Assembly (NCBI GenBank): GCA_965205485.1
Contig: OZ242180.1
Location: 3,392,001 to 3,456,000, forward strand
Length of the DNA stretch: 64,000 nucleotides
Direction of reading: 5' to 3'
From: Candidatus Latescibacterota bacterium
Lineage (GTDB): Bacteria > Latescibacterota > UBA2968 > GCA-2709665
This document shows positions 40,001 to 49,035 of this stretch, in pieces. Made by a program: the position numbers and the translations under genes. The notes under the pieces are model-generated. The model did not search any database, was not told the DNA's origin, and worked only from the letters and a program-made list of their open reading frames with translations. Each line of letters starts with the position of its first letter. Positions within the stretch are counted from its first letter, which is position 1.

Positions 40001-40450
40001 GCGTTCGGTGAGTTTGTCGACGAATTCAGCGGTATGCTCATCGGCCCCATTGGGGTCCTTGGTCTTCTTTTCGTCTGGTGGCGGGTCCTGGGCAGGACAA
40101 GCCTGATGGTTCTCGGCGTCTTCGTCGTTCTCATCTTCCAGTCCGTGGTCTCGCCGGCCAATGACCTCGACCACGCGGGCGAACTGTTCGCGACGAAGAG
40201 TCCAATCTGGCTGATCTCGGCTTACCTCATTGTGACGTATATCCGCTTCAACCTGCTCTTCTACGTCGTCAATGGCTGGAGTTCCATTCTGTTCGCGGGT
40301 TTCTGGTACCTTGAATTCGATGCCGACATATGGAAGCTCAACGGCATCCTGATGATCCTCCTGGGCCTCGCTCCCGTCGCATACGCGGTCATCGCAACGC
40401 GCCGCAACGCCGACAAAATTCCATCACATCGTCGAAGGACGGCGACATGA
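37040..40450 (+). CDS. Large CPBP (CAAX/Abi) intramembrane metalloprotease with an internally duplicated module
   Basis: 'EEFLFR', 'WAFLH' and 'SHYVYN'. 'FKPL.KEEL' and 'VQGDR.G' each occur twice. Confidence 0.85.
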   Translation: MNRRDAVWIFSFLILGTLGLACYVHFFDRAVPVASLNFRVNREQAFQSAEAYLHDLGYDLAEYESAQVFSYAPLPQIFLERTLGLAEANRLVRDWVSVWFWRIRYFKPLQKEELRVRIDPDGRVVGFTHSILESVEGASLPEEDARHIAEAFLIDVQGLSLDDFEPIEASSIDRPKRRDHTFTYRKRDFVVGDDGHYRLYVGVQGDRVGSFYEYVKVPETFSRDYRETRSRAGLLAKVARGFALALGLAMVVVLVRKYRQRTLTWRVAVSIGILVGAASLLGSINGYPLSLFGFDTMESYDSFILNFIFNGLSNAAAMAFVVAVCGTAGGAAAQDIKGWRNPLERISLRRWRSAGFARVTLVGYGLAFAHLGYVTLFYILGHDYLGVWSPAAMTQYSNAYSTYLPWIYPLLTGLVAATFEEFLFRLVAISLLLRWFKRSWLAVLVPAVVWAFLHADYPQEPIYIRGLELTIVGVVLGMVFLRFGVWATIISHYVYNCFLGVYPMLQSDSLYFKVSGILAVAIISIPAVPAIWSAVRGRFEDEPREPVPKAPVAAPPPSALPAQPPEPPIERKRPSDYLVSGRGLLVFGILGLSGWCAYFAFETRDFAEYAREEVPTRAQANELAEGYREQLGIELEGYRRTTRFSSSLGSKHFKHLLRNVDVGRADTLAAEHTASWRWIVRWFKPLEKEELTISIDGNGGLSYVSHAVPEGQEGAELAIEDAQEVAEAFLRQHLNRDVTDTTRYKRLEARSIKRENRMDHRFVWERTDIKVEEGEFRIVASVQGDRIGLAYKAYKAPEEFMRKQREKTAKSTIVSTIRTIALIVTFVLALIYLLRAYRNGLIEWRLPVCFGILFGVCSILEGLNELPTFYRGFDTSQAMGTFLIGKLVDVVPGFVFATIFALLICALGDTLFRIERPGEMRISEWIDVFRLKAGGAALWWQVVFLVACYSGITEGAGALASYVRLNILSYHPAARGGVPANVNTYLPAFGEFVDEFSGMLIGPIGVLGLLFVWWRVLGRTSLMVLGVFVVLIFQSVVSPANDLDHAGELFATKSPIWLISAYLIVTYIRFNLLFYVVNGWSSILFAGFWYLEFDADIWKLNGILMILLGLAPVAYAVIATRRNADKIPSHRRRTAT

Positions 40451-41088
40451 AATTCCTCTTCGTTTTCTTGCTGACACTTCTCTTCGCGGTATCGACGCGC
40501 GACGCCGATGCCGGCGGCGACGACGACTATGGCCGGAGCCGCCCCGGCGGCCTGATCATCCCCTGGCAAACGCTTCTTCAGGGAAGGGGCCTGGAAGGTT
40601 GGGGCGTGGCCGATTCGTCCAGTAAGTGGTCACGCGACGGTGAGGCCGTTGTCGGGCAACTGGACGGCAAACGCAAGTCCCATATTTTTCAGGGGGATTC
40701 CGGCTGGAAGAACTACGAGTATTCGCTTTTCGTTAAGCTGGAAAAGGGCTCGTGCATGCAGTTCCCCTTTCGCGTGACCGACGACAGAAGAGGCTTCTAC
40801 TTTGTGGAATTCGATTATGCCTGGCAGACGATTAACGTCACGTTGCGTGAGCCGGGCATCCACGGTGTCACCAAGCTCAGTGTCGTCAACTACGCTCTGG
40901 AGAAGGGACGGGAGTACCACCTCATCATCTCGGCGCGACACCGCTCGCTGACCACCTATATCGACGGTAAACTCGTCAACCAGGTGACCGATGGCAGATA
41001 CGACGGGGGAGGCATCGGCATCGCAATGTGGTGGGACACCCGGGCGACCTACCGCGATCCGAAGATACGGCACTACAAATGGCCGTAG
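40447..41088 (+). CDS. Secreted DUF1080 (3-keto-disaccharide hydrolase-like) protein
   Basis: Signal peptide, 'LEGW' and 'YIDGKLV...GGIGI'; ATGA overlap with the upstream gene. Confidence 0.7.
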   Translation: MKFLFVFLLTLLFAVSTRDADAGGDDDYGRSRPGGLIIPWQTLLQGRGLEGWGVADSSSKWSRDGEAVVGQLDGKRKSHIFQGDSGWKNYEYSLFVKLEKGSCMQFPFRVTDDRRGFYFVEFDYAWQTINVTLREPGIHGVTKLSVVNYALEKGREYHLIISARHRSLTTYIDGKLVNQVTDGRYDGGGIGIAMWWDTRATYRDPKIRHYKWP

Positions 41089-41186
41089 TATATGAGAGAG
41101 ACGGATTGCCGAGATTCGGCTGAACGGAAGCGGGAAAAACAGCTTTCAGCATTCAGCTTGAATCAAAAGCCCTTCTGACAACCGGT

Positions 41187-41321
41187 CCAATCACTCCCCC
41201 CTTGAGGGGGAGTCGCAGAAGCCGAGCCGGTCCCTGAGCCGCTGTCCTGAGCCTGTCGAAGGATTGTCGAAGGGCCCGGCGAATGGTCGAAGGCGCCTGC
41301 GACGGCTGATGCGGTGGGGGG
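41187..41321 (-). repeat. Composite palindromic repeat (ACTCCCCCCTTGAGGGGGAGT plus CTTCGACAGGCTCAGG)
   Basis: Inverted homolog of 59648-59739. Confidence 0.75.
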
Positions 41322-41612
41322 ATGTCAACGTCTTAACGAATACAAACAGCATGAATTGACAGGCGCGCATTTTGCGTTTTCGACAACACACTTTCCCTGA
41401 TTACAGACCTGTAGACGTTCAGGGCCGTGGAGGACCAGAGGGGTCTTCGGGTGTGAAGTTTCGATGGTCAGAATTGGACGCCCACCTGTCCCGATTCGGA
41501 TTTTGCTTACCGTTGTAGATTTCGTTACATTTCCCCCAGGGTTTCGAAACGGACACGAGCGGCCTGCGACCGAGGACAATCTGCCCTCTTTTGCGGCTTG
41601 ATCCACGAACAT

Positions 41613-41766
41613 CCGGAGCGAGGGCATCCTGCCCTCGAACTTCCTGTAACCCGCTAAAACCCGAATCAAGGGCTTATTGTTTCCCTTGCATCCGAAATCA
41701 TATTGAAAATGATGGCGCCAGAGCCGCGCGAGTCAGCCGTCGAGGGCAGGATGCCCTCGCTCCCGG
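41613..41766. repeat. REPIN: inverted pair of GGAGCGAGGGCATCCTGCCCTCG
   Basis: 41613-41638 and 41740-41766 are reverse complements and each is self-hairpinning. Confidence 0.75.
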
Positions 41767-42032
41767 GAAGCCGATTTGTACAAGTGCTTCATTGCGAATC
41801 TTCAAGTTTGGTGTACAGCAGGTTTGGATAGTATGAGTCATCCAATTTACCGAGTCGTTTCGTTCGAGATTGTCGGGCCCTATCGGATTCATGTCCGATT
41901 TAACGATCAGACGACTCAGGATATCGATTTTCGACCAGTACTTGAGGGCGAGTTGTTCGGACCTCTGGTGGACGAAGTGCTATTTAATCAGGTGCGCATC
42001 GATTCTGAAGTGCATACACTCGTCTGGCCTCA

Positions 42033-42194
42033 GCAGCCCGTTGAAAGAGCCCATCCGGGCTACGGCCGGCCCTTGCGGTCGAAATACTACGTTGCGCTCC
42101 CTCGCCGAATCGAGGGATGGGACTCGGTCGCGCGCCTTGTCTTCGACCACAATGGCTCGGCCTCGCCTGCAGAGCGACTTTATCAACGGACTGC
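42033..42194 (+). mobile_element. MITE family B, complete copy
   Basis: TIRs GCAGCCCGTTGA / TCAACGGACTGC with TCA/TAA flanks; net 165 bp in-frame insertion. Confidence 0.85.
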
Positions 42195-42227
42195 TAATGG
42201 CGCTGACTTCGATCCTGCCACGCTTGA

Positions 42228-42418
42228 CCAGGATTCGTATGTTTTCGTGGACGATAAACCGAATATGTGAAAGTTGATAAAGGCGATTAGACTGCTGATT
42301 ACCAGGATACACCCGGTCACTGGACGTGAACGGAAAAATTGTCCTTCCTTACGACTATTTCGGTCCGTTTCGGAAAGTTTCGTCGCGGTGCCGCGTTGCG
42401 GTTTTCGCGAAACTTAGG
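42228..42418 (+). mobile_element. MITE family A, complete copy (191 bp) with TTGA target duplication
   Basis: TTGA|CCAGGATTCG...CGAAACTTAGG|TTGA. Confidence 0.85.
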
Positions 42419-42568
42419 TTGACGATTGGCCGGTTCACGAGGAAGAATTGAGGAGAATGGCCGGGCGTTGGTCGGATGCGCTGACAGCAAATGAACGAGG
42501 ATAACCAGGGCGCGGTTGTTGCAATTTAAACTCTACCGTGATCCGGCAGACCTCCACATCGGTTGACA

Positions 42569-42603
42569 CGACACCTCCGGCTTCGGGGGTGTCGAGTATT
42601 TTT
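42569..42603 (+). terminator. Putative intrinsic terminator or hairpin
   Basis: 11-bp stem CGACACCTCCG-GCTT-CGGGGGTGTCG followed by AGTATTTTT. Confidence 0.4.
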
Positions 42604-42642
42604 ACTCCATGTGAGACCTGAGTCTCACGAACTCCCACACCA

Positions 42643-43083
42643 ATGAAAACCCGCCACAGAGCCTACGCGTATATCACGAGTGGGAGCCGGCTGCTTCTAT
42701 TTACGCAACCCGGAGCGCCGGATGCCGGCATTCAGGTTCCCGCAGGCACGATCGAGCCTGGTGAGAATCCTCGGGATGCGGTGATGCGAGAAGCAAGAGA
42801 GGAGACGGGATTGACCGGGCTCAGATATGTGCGGTTCCTTGCGCGGGATACAATGGACATGAGGTTTTGCGGGAGCGATGAACTGCAACATCGCTGGTTC
42901 TACCATCTGTCTGTGGAAGGACCAACGGAAGAAACCTGGCGTCACGGGGAATATGGCGAGGACGGATCTCTCATCCATCCGTTCGACTTCTTCTGGGCCG
43001 GCGTCGGGGCACTTCCCGAGCTCGTCTATGGATACGACGACAAGATTGACCTGCTGATGGAGTCGATGGAAACACACAAGTAG
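42643..43083 (+). CDS. NUDIX hydrolase
   Basis: 'PAGTIEPGENPRDAVMREAREETGL'. Confidence 0.85.
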   Translation: MKTRHRAYAYITSGSRLLLFTQPGAPDAGIQVPAGTIEPGENPRDAVMREAREETGLTGLRYVRFLARDTMDMRFCGSDELQHRWFYHLSVEGPTEETWRHGEYGEDGSLIHPFDFFWAGVGALPELVYGYDDKIDLLMESMETHK

Positions 43084-43209
43084 GGTACACGCCCGATAGT
43101 CGTCCGACGCCGAGCTCCACCACCCGTCCGGCGCCGTTGCGTTCGCAAACCCACATCGATTCGCGGACCGAAATTTCGTGAGCCGGAAAACGAACGAGAA
43201 GGATTCGTT

Positions 43210-43581
43210 ATGGAACTGATTCGTTCCTCGGACATCCAGGTGTTCAGCAATTCCGGAATTGAATCTCGACAACTGCTGTTTCCAGAGAACTCATCGTCGC
43301 AAAGGGTTACGATTACACAGGTCTCTGTCCCTCCTGGCGGCAAGAATCCGCCGCATCGACATAACGCATCGGAACAGATATGGATCGCCTTACAAGGTTC
43401 AGGAAATCTGCTTCTGGAAAACGGGGAGATAGCGGAATTCGCTGAAGGTGACGTTGTTCGGTTTGAGGAAGGTGACCTTCACGGGTTCTTCAATTCCGGA
43501 ACCCAGACCTTTGTCTACATGTCAGTTACATCACCACCGTTGAATTTTCGTGCGGCCTACGACAGTCACTGGTCGAGGTGA
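43210..43581 (+). CDS. Cupin domain protein
   Basis: 'PPHRHNASEQIW...GDLHGF'. Confidence 0.85.
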   Translation: MELIRSSDIQVFSNSGIESRQLLFPENSSSQRVTITQVSVPPGGKNPPHRHNASEQIWIALQGSGNLLLENGEIAEFAEGDVVRFEEGDLHGFFNSGTQTFVYMSVTSPPLNFRAAYDSHWSR

Positions 43582-43606
43582 TTGTCGGACCATTCTCTCC
43601 TTGCTT

Positions 43607-44566
43607 ATGACTGCTCCAAAACCACTCCTTACATACCAGGAATTCGTCGATTATGATCTTTCGCTTCCAATCGCGCAGGCCACTTGTTTAAAGGCCGGCA
43701 TCCCGGAACCGACCTCGATCCGACGATTGAAGCTCGGCGAGGTGAACGCGATCTTCGTGCTTGAGTTGCCCGGTGGTGCCTTGGTTGTTCTGAAGGTCTG
43801 GGTCAGATGCTCGGACGACGAGGTAATGCGAAGGGAAGAGGGGGTTATCAAAGTTGTCCAGCGCGTATCTGCAGTGCCCACGCCAGGCTGGATCTACGTC
43901 TCATCCGGTGACTCCATTCTCGCATATCCCCATGCTCTCATAGAATTCGCGAGTGGCGTCGATGGCGACCGGGTTTGGCGTGAGATAGGTTTCGAAGACA
44001 GGGAGAAAATCCTCACGCAATGTGCGTCTCAAATGCATGACCTCCACTCAATTCCTGTCGGTCCGGATACCGCCGCCATTCTCGGAGACCCGATGAGCGG
44101 AAGCGAGTGGCGGGAGTCTGAGGAGAACCGTTTCCAGCGGGCAATTGGGGACCTCCGGAAGCAAGGCTGGCTGGGAAAAGACACCCTTGATCGATGCACG
44201 GCGCTCTGGACCGACCATTCCGGTTCATTGGAAGCCGTGGAAGTTGATGCCCTTGTCCACTATGACTTTCAGTTGCATAATCTTCGTATAGACCCGGCGA
44301 CCCTGAATCTGCTGGCGGTTCTGGATTTTGGTAATGCGGCGCTTGCACCGGCATTCGCCGACTCCAGGGATTTGTATCTGAGCGTTTTCCTCAAATCGCC
44401 GGAACTGGCTGAATGCTTCTGGCGGACTTATGGAACGCTGAGTACCGAACTGGAACTGGTCCTGAGGCTTCACTCCGTTGCGAGGGTGTTGGAAATTCTC
44501 GCCGCGTACCAGGGTCCGACTCCGGGAGGTTGGGACCGGACAACCGTGCTGAAACTTCTCGAATAG
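43607..44566 (+). CDS. Aminoglycoside phosphotransferase/kinase family protein
   Basis: 'LVHYDFQLHN' and 'VLDFG'. Confidence 0.8.
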   Translation: MTAPKPLLTYQEFVDYDLSLPIAQATCLKAGIPEPTSIRRLKLGEVNAIFVLELPGGALVVLKVWVRCSDDEVMRREEGVIKVVQRVSAVPTPGWIYVSSGDSILAYPHALIEFASGVDGDRVWREIGFEDREKILTQCASQMHDLHSIPVGPDTAAILGDPMSGSEWRESEENRFQRAIGDLRKQGWLGKDTLDRCTALWTDHSGSLEAVEVDALVHYDFQLHNLRIDPATLNLLAVLDFGNAALAPAFADSRDLYLSVFLKSPELAECFWRTYGTLSTELELVLRLHSVARVLEILAAYQGPTPGGWDRTTVLKLLE

Positions 44567-44683
44567 ACGGCGGCCTGCAGAAGACTGGCAGACAAGCCAC
44601 ATCTGATGGATGGTAACGAAAGTTGACGGCAGAATTCGAACCACATTTCGGTATGCGCTTCGGGGACTGCGCTGCCATGGCCA

Positions 44684-45499
44684 GTGGTCCACGAACTATG
44701 TATATTGCCTGATCGAGACAACATTTGGACGACCTCGGATGGCACGGAAGTATGGCTTCGGAAACACAAGCAGATCGAGGGAGGAACGCGCATTTACAAC
44801 CAGAGCGAAGTATCCGATATGGTGCTGATTCCGTCAGGGGAATTCCTGATGGGAGCAGTGAATGACGATGATATGGGCTACACGGGAGCATTCCTCGATG
44901 AGAAGCCACAGCACATCGTCAACCTGGAAGCCTACTATATTGAAGTACATCTGGTTTCGGTAGAGCAGTATCACAGATTTATGCGGGCAGCGGACTATCG
45001 CCCTGTGACCTGGCAGGACAACTGGTTGCACGCCCCTCTGCAGCCTGTCAGGAGTATATCGTTGCCGGACGTTCTCGAATATTGTCATTGGGCCCGAAAA
45101 AGACTACCCACAGAGGCTGAATGGGAGAAGGCGGCTCGAGGTGGCCTGGACAATAAATCGTTTCCGTGGGGTGACGATGCATTTGATGGATCGCAGGCGG
45201 CAGATCGCACGAGAGAGGAAGGCCCGCCAGACATCGGCATGTTTCCACCAAACGGGTTTGGTCTCTACGACATGGTTGGTTCCTTGTGGCAATGGTGCAG
45301 AGATGACCGGCGACTCTATACAGAAGACCGCAGACACTGTCCTGTTGGACCCCTGGGCGGTGAAACACGGTCGGCGCGGGGAGGCGACTGGTATACCAGC
45401 CCGTTTCACAAGAGATGTTCCAGGCGGGGAAGCGTGCGTGTAAAAGGTGGATCGGGCAATTTGGGATTCCGTTGTGTCCGGGATGTTTTCAAAGACTGA
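44684..45499 (+). CDS. Formylglycine-generating enzyme (SUMF1/EgtB) family protein
   Basis: 'KRLPTEAEWEKAARGG', 'NGFGLYDMVG' and 'GFRC'. Confidence 0.85.
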   Translation: MVHELCILPDRDNIWTTSDGTEVWLRKHKQIEGGTRIYNQSEVSDMVLIPSGEFLMGAVNDDDMGYTGAFLDEKPQHIVNLEAYYIEVHLVSVEQYHRFMRAADYRPVTWQDNWLHAPLQPVRSISLPDVLEYCHWARKRLPTEAEWEKAARGGLDNKSFPWGDDAFDGSQAADRTREEGPPDIGMFPPNGFGLYDMVGSLWQWCRDDRRLYTEDRRHCPVGPLGGETRSARGGDWYTSPFHKRCSRRGSVRVKGGSGNLGFRCVRDVFKD

Positions 45500-45715
45500 T
45501 TTGGCGGCGGTGACAAGCGGCAATGAGAACCTATAAGCGAAAACAAGCATAATTCCGCCCGACCGGGTAAGACAACACGACTCCCGGTGCTGGCCTCTGG
45601 TGTTTCAATTCAGCTGTCAACGACGTTTTCGTTTTTGCAGGTGCGTCGGTTTGTCGTTTTGGCACAATAAACGCGGATGGATCGACCACTGAACCACCGT
45701 TTACGAAAGGGGAGT

Positions 45716-46930
45716 ATGACGATGGACCATGAATTCAGCGTTCGTGCAGTACAGTGTGATCACCGGGCCTCCGACGAGGAGGTCTACGAAAACCTGGTAC
45801 GGGCGACCGCCCCCCTGTCGCGTTCATGGGAGAAGCTGCAGAGGGCTGGCCGCATCGCGCTCAAGTTCAACATGGGGCATACGAATGTGGCTCGTTTCAA
45901 GGGCCGCCGTCGAGAGCTCGTCGACGAAGCTGTCTTCCGCGCCGTCCTTCGGCTATTGCGTGAACGGACCTCAGCGACGCTTGTCGCCGCCGATACGTTC
46001 TGCCGGGATGCGTCCGGGGCCGCGACGGACTACTTCAACTATCTTCCGCTGCTCGAGGAATTCGACGTTGAGCACGCGGAGTCGAATTATCCCCCCTTCG
46101 CCGAATATGACGTACCGGGCGGTGGCTGCATGTTTCAGCGCTACACGCTCAGCCGGTGCTTCAGCGAAGCGGATGAGGTCGTTTCCGTCGCCAAGTTGAA
46201 GAACCACCTCTTCATGGGCGTCACACTGTGTACCAAGAACCTGTTCGGCCTCACACCCACGATCCCGCCCGAAGGTCGCGTACGCACCTATTTCCACCAC
46301 GCAATCCGGCTGTCCTACGTGCTTCCCGATCTGGCGCGCATTACCAATCCGTGTCTCAATATCATCGATGCCACGACCGGTCAATGGGGTCGTGAGTGGG
46401 ACGGCGAGGGACGCGTGTGCGACACCCTCATCGCGGGCGACCAGATCATCGCCACCGACGCCGTCGGCGCCAGCCTGATGGGACACGATCCCGCGTCGGA
46501 TTGGCCGACGCCGCCATTCCGTCGCGACCGCAACCATCTGCTCGTTGCCGCACAGAGCGGATTTGGAACGGTCAATCTGGACGAAATCGACTTCGAGAGC
46601 GAGGTCGAGGGTCCATTGAACGAATTCGACTCCGTCGAGGAAGACCCGCCCGAAATCATGGCCACGGTAAGGGAAACGGCTTGCGAACAGGGACTCTTCT
46701 ATCGCGATCGGATGCAGGCGATGATCGAGGAACACGGAGGGAATTTCGTGTATCTTCAGGATGGCGAGGTCAAGTGGAGCGGCGAAAACCCGGCGCACAT
46801 CAGGAGCCACCGAGAGTTTACCGGCAAGAAACCCGGCAGCGCGTTGTTCCTCAAAAAGGTCGATCCCGAGGAGCGCGAAGGCGAACGATTCGAAGCCTAT
46901 GAGGAATGCCTCGAGCGCCTGCGCGCGTGA
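45716..46930 (+). CDS. DUF362 domain protein
   Basis: 'VAKLKNHLFMGVTLCTKNLFG' and 'DQIIATDAV'. Confidence 0.8.
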   Translation: MTMDHEFSVRAVQCDHRASDEEVYENLVRATAPLSRSWEKLQRAGRIALKFNMGHTNVARFKGRRRELVDEAVFRAVLRLLRERTSATLVAADTFCRDASGAATDYFNYLPLLEEFDVEHAESNYPPFAEYDVPGGGCMFQRYTLSRCFSEADEVVSVAKLKNHLFMGVTLCTKNLFGLTPTIPPEGRVRTYFHHAIRLSYVLPDLARITNPCLNIIDATTGQWGREWDGEGRVCDTLIAGDQIIATDAVGASLMGHDPASDWPTPPFRRDRNHLLVAAQSGFGTVNLDEIDFESEVEGPLNEFDSVEEDPPEIMATVRETACEQGLFYRDRMQAMIEEHGGNFVYLQDGEVKWSGENPAHIRSHREFTGKKPGSALFLKKVDPEEREGERFEAYEECLERLRA

Positions 46931-47005
46931 GTCTGGCGCGATCATTGCTTTTCAAGCTGCGGGTACCGCCGGCCCATTTTCCTCAGCATAGGAGGACAAA
47001 ACGGG

Positions 47006-47809
47006 ATGGTCCAGAGAAACTACCTGCTCCCCGGTGTATTCGTACTCGGCCTTGCATTTCCAGTCGTTGGCGAAGTTCGCAGCAAAGTAGAAGGTTTGAC
47101 ACGTGAAGACATCTACACAGCCGTCCAATCTCTTTCAAGGGAAAAGGACCTGTTCGCTGCCAGCGAATTCATACTCGGACTTGAAAACGAGTCAGAGATT
47201 GTTGAGGCTTACGGCAACCTTGTTCTGGACTGTTACTGGAAGGCCAAATCCACGGAGCAGGTGCTACACTTTGCAAATGCCGGTATCCACTATTGCCTGG
47301 CTAGAGCAGCCAGATACGATGGAAAGGATGACGATTCAGCAAAAAAGCTTCGATTTGCTGCCAAGAGGATGGCGACCGACGCAGCATCCTGTACCTGGAT
47401 CGGCTGGGAGGAGCCCGGGATTGCGATTTCACCAGACCAGATGCGACAGGGTCTTGCAATGGCACGATATAGCGTGCGGCAATTGCACGAGCTTGATCCA
47501 AGTGCCGTTCAGCTGGCGTTTACCTACTGGTTTCTCGGCGCACACCTCATTGCGATGGAGTCATATGGCGAAGCTCTTTCGGTCTTTGCGCAGGCGCGGG
47601 ATTACAGCAAGGCACATGGCTCCAAACCTGAGGAACTAGCGATGCTGGAGGGCTACATCGGGCTGACAAGGATTTTGAACGAAGAGAAAGACGTCGGCGA
47701 ATCGGAGTTCAGTTCCTCAGTATCGGCCCTGGAATCGCGCGAGAACCAGGATGCTGAGTTTTATGCGAAGCAGCTATTGAGTGTGCGTGCCTTCTTTGCG
47801 AAACAGTGA
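47006..47809 (+). CDS. Secreted hypothetical helical protein
   Basis: AGGAGG RBS, signal peptide, 267 aa. Confidence 0.7.
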   Translation: MVQRNYLLPGVFVLGLAFPVVGEVRSKVEGLTREDIYTAVQSLSREKDLFAASEFILGLENESEIVEAYGNLVLDCYWKAKSTEQVLHFANAGIHYCLARAARYDGKDDDSAKKLRFAAKRMATDAASCTWIGWEEPGIAISPDQMRQGLAMARYSVRQLHELDPSAVQLAFTYWFLGAHLIAMESYGEALSVFAQARDYSKAHGSKPEELAMLEGYIGLTRILNEEKDVGESEFSSSVSALESRENQDAEFYAKQLLSVRAFFAKQ

Positions 47810-47908
47810 AATGCAGGACGACGATCGCTTCTTCCGTCATCTCTTCTGAAAAACCAACGCGGCTCTTTAAACGAGCACCCCCCAGGGCACAGTTGCCTGG
47901 TCTCGAGG

Positions 47909-47950
47909 TGCAACCGATACGCGGGATCGCGGGCACCGAGAACGTCACAT
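47909..47950 (+). other. attC-like right arm (decayed)
   Basis: GCAACCG..CGCGG..CG.GGGCACCGAGAACGTCACAT resembles the right arms of the 5369 and 14364 sites. Confidence 0.55.
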
Positions 47951-48075
47951 GCCTTTCGCAGGGCTCTCTTCGTCATGACTGAAAGTCATATTCGCATAGC
48001 TCCGGTGGGTTGGCGGTTGGCATGGACGCTCAAGCGATGTCTGCGTGAGTTGTTGGGGAACAGGATATTCGCGAG

Positions 48076-48906
48076 ATGAAGACTTTGGCGAACAGAGTTG
48101 CCGTGGTGACCGGAGCAAGTCGCGGAGGGGGGAAGGGCATTGCCACCGCGCTCGGCGAAGCCGGCGCGACTGTATATGTGACGGGACGCAGCATCCGAGG
48201 GAACCAGACCACAGACATCCCCAACGAAACCATTGAGGACACGGCAGAAACTGTGACTCAGCGGGGCGGCGAGGGGATTCCTGTGCGGGTAGATCACACT
48301 CAGGATGAACAGGTTGATGCACTTTTCAATCGAATAAAGAAAGATCAGAGTCGGCTGGATGTGCTCGTGAACAACGCCTGGGGCGGCTACGAGATGGGCG
48401 ATGGATTCTGGGGGCGTAAACGTTTTTGGGAGCTCCCAATTCGGCAGTGGGATCTCATGTACGGAGCCGGTTTGAGATCCCATTTGACGGCTGCTCGGGG
48501 CGCAATTTCGATCATGCTGGAGCAGCGGCACGGTCTGATTGTCAACACGACCAGTGGGATCAAACCGGACAGCAAGTTCCACCCGAATCTGTTCTATGAC
48601 ACGTTCAAGTCCGCGATATATAGAATGACGCATGGAATGGCAGAGGAATGCCGAAAAAACGGGATAGCAGTTATCCTGTTGTCGCTTGGCGACGAATACC
48701 AATACATGCGAACCTGGGAACCTGACGACAACACCAGACCTGAAGATCTGAAGAAGACGTTTACACCAGTTTACGCCGGCCGTGCGATCGCGGCTCTGGC
48801 TGGCGATCCGGATGTGATGAGCAAGGTCGAAGCGAGACCATATCTTGAAGTCCCCGACTTGGCCCGAGAGTACGGATTCAGAGACGTCGATGGTCGACAG
48901 CCCTGA
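48076..48906 (+). CDS. SDR family oxidoreductase
   Basis: 'VTGASRGGGKG', 'LVNNA' and 'YDTFK'. Confidence 0.85.
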   Translation: MKTLANRVAVVTGASRGGGKGIATALGEAGATVYVTGRSIRGNQTTDIPNETIEDTAETVTQRGGEGIPVRVDHTQDEQVDALFNRIKKDQSRLDVLVNNAWGGYEMGDGFWGRKRFWELPIRQWDLMYGAGLRSHLTAARGAISIMLEQRHGLIVNTTSGIKPDSKFHPNLFYDTFKSAIYRMTHGMAEECRKNGIAVILLSLGDEYQYMRTWEPDDNTRPEDLKKTFTPVYAGRAIAALAGDPDVMSKVEARPYLEVPDLAREYGFRDVDGRQP

Positions 48907-48973
48907 ACATTCGGGTCGTGAGATTTGCGATGACTTGACCCTCGGAGGTTCGCGGACCACGAGGGCGTTAGAT
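48902..48973 (+). other. attC-like site
   Basis: CTGAAC overlaps the stop codon; CGTG..TGCGA / TCGCG..CACG stem; canonical GTTAGAT. Confidence 0.6.
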
Positions 48974-49035
48974 GCCAGGTGTCTGAGCTCCACGGCGTGA
49001 GAAGACGAATACTCTGAGAAAGGATCCTCGACCCT

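Larger units (their letters stand above)
41833..42504 (+). pseudogene. DUF2442 protein interrupted by two MITEs
   Basis: Removing 42031-42195 and 42228-42422 restores a 103 aa ORF ending TLVWPNGADFDPATLDDWPVHEEELRRMAGRWSDALTANERG*. Confidence 0.85.

Noticed and set aside
41325..41610. Long non-coding stretch containing TTGACA as a possible promoter or ncRNA
   Set aside because: No matching -10 box at the expected spacing and no recognisable RNA family.
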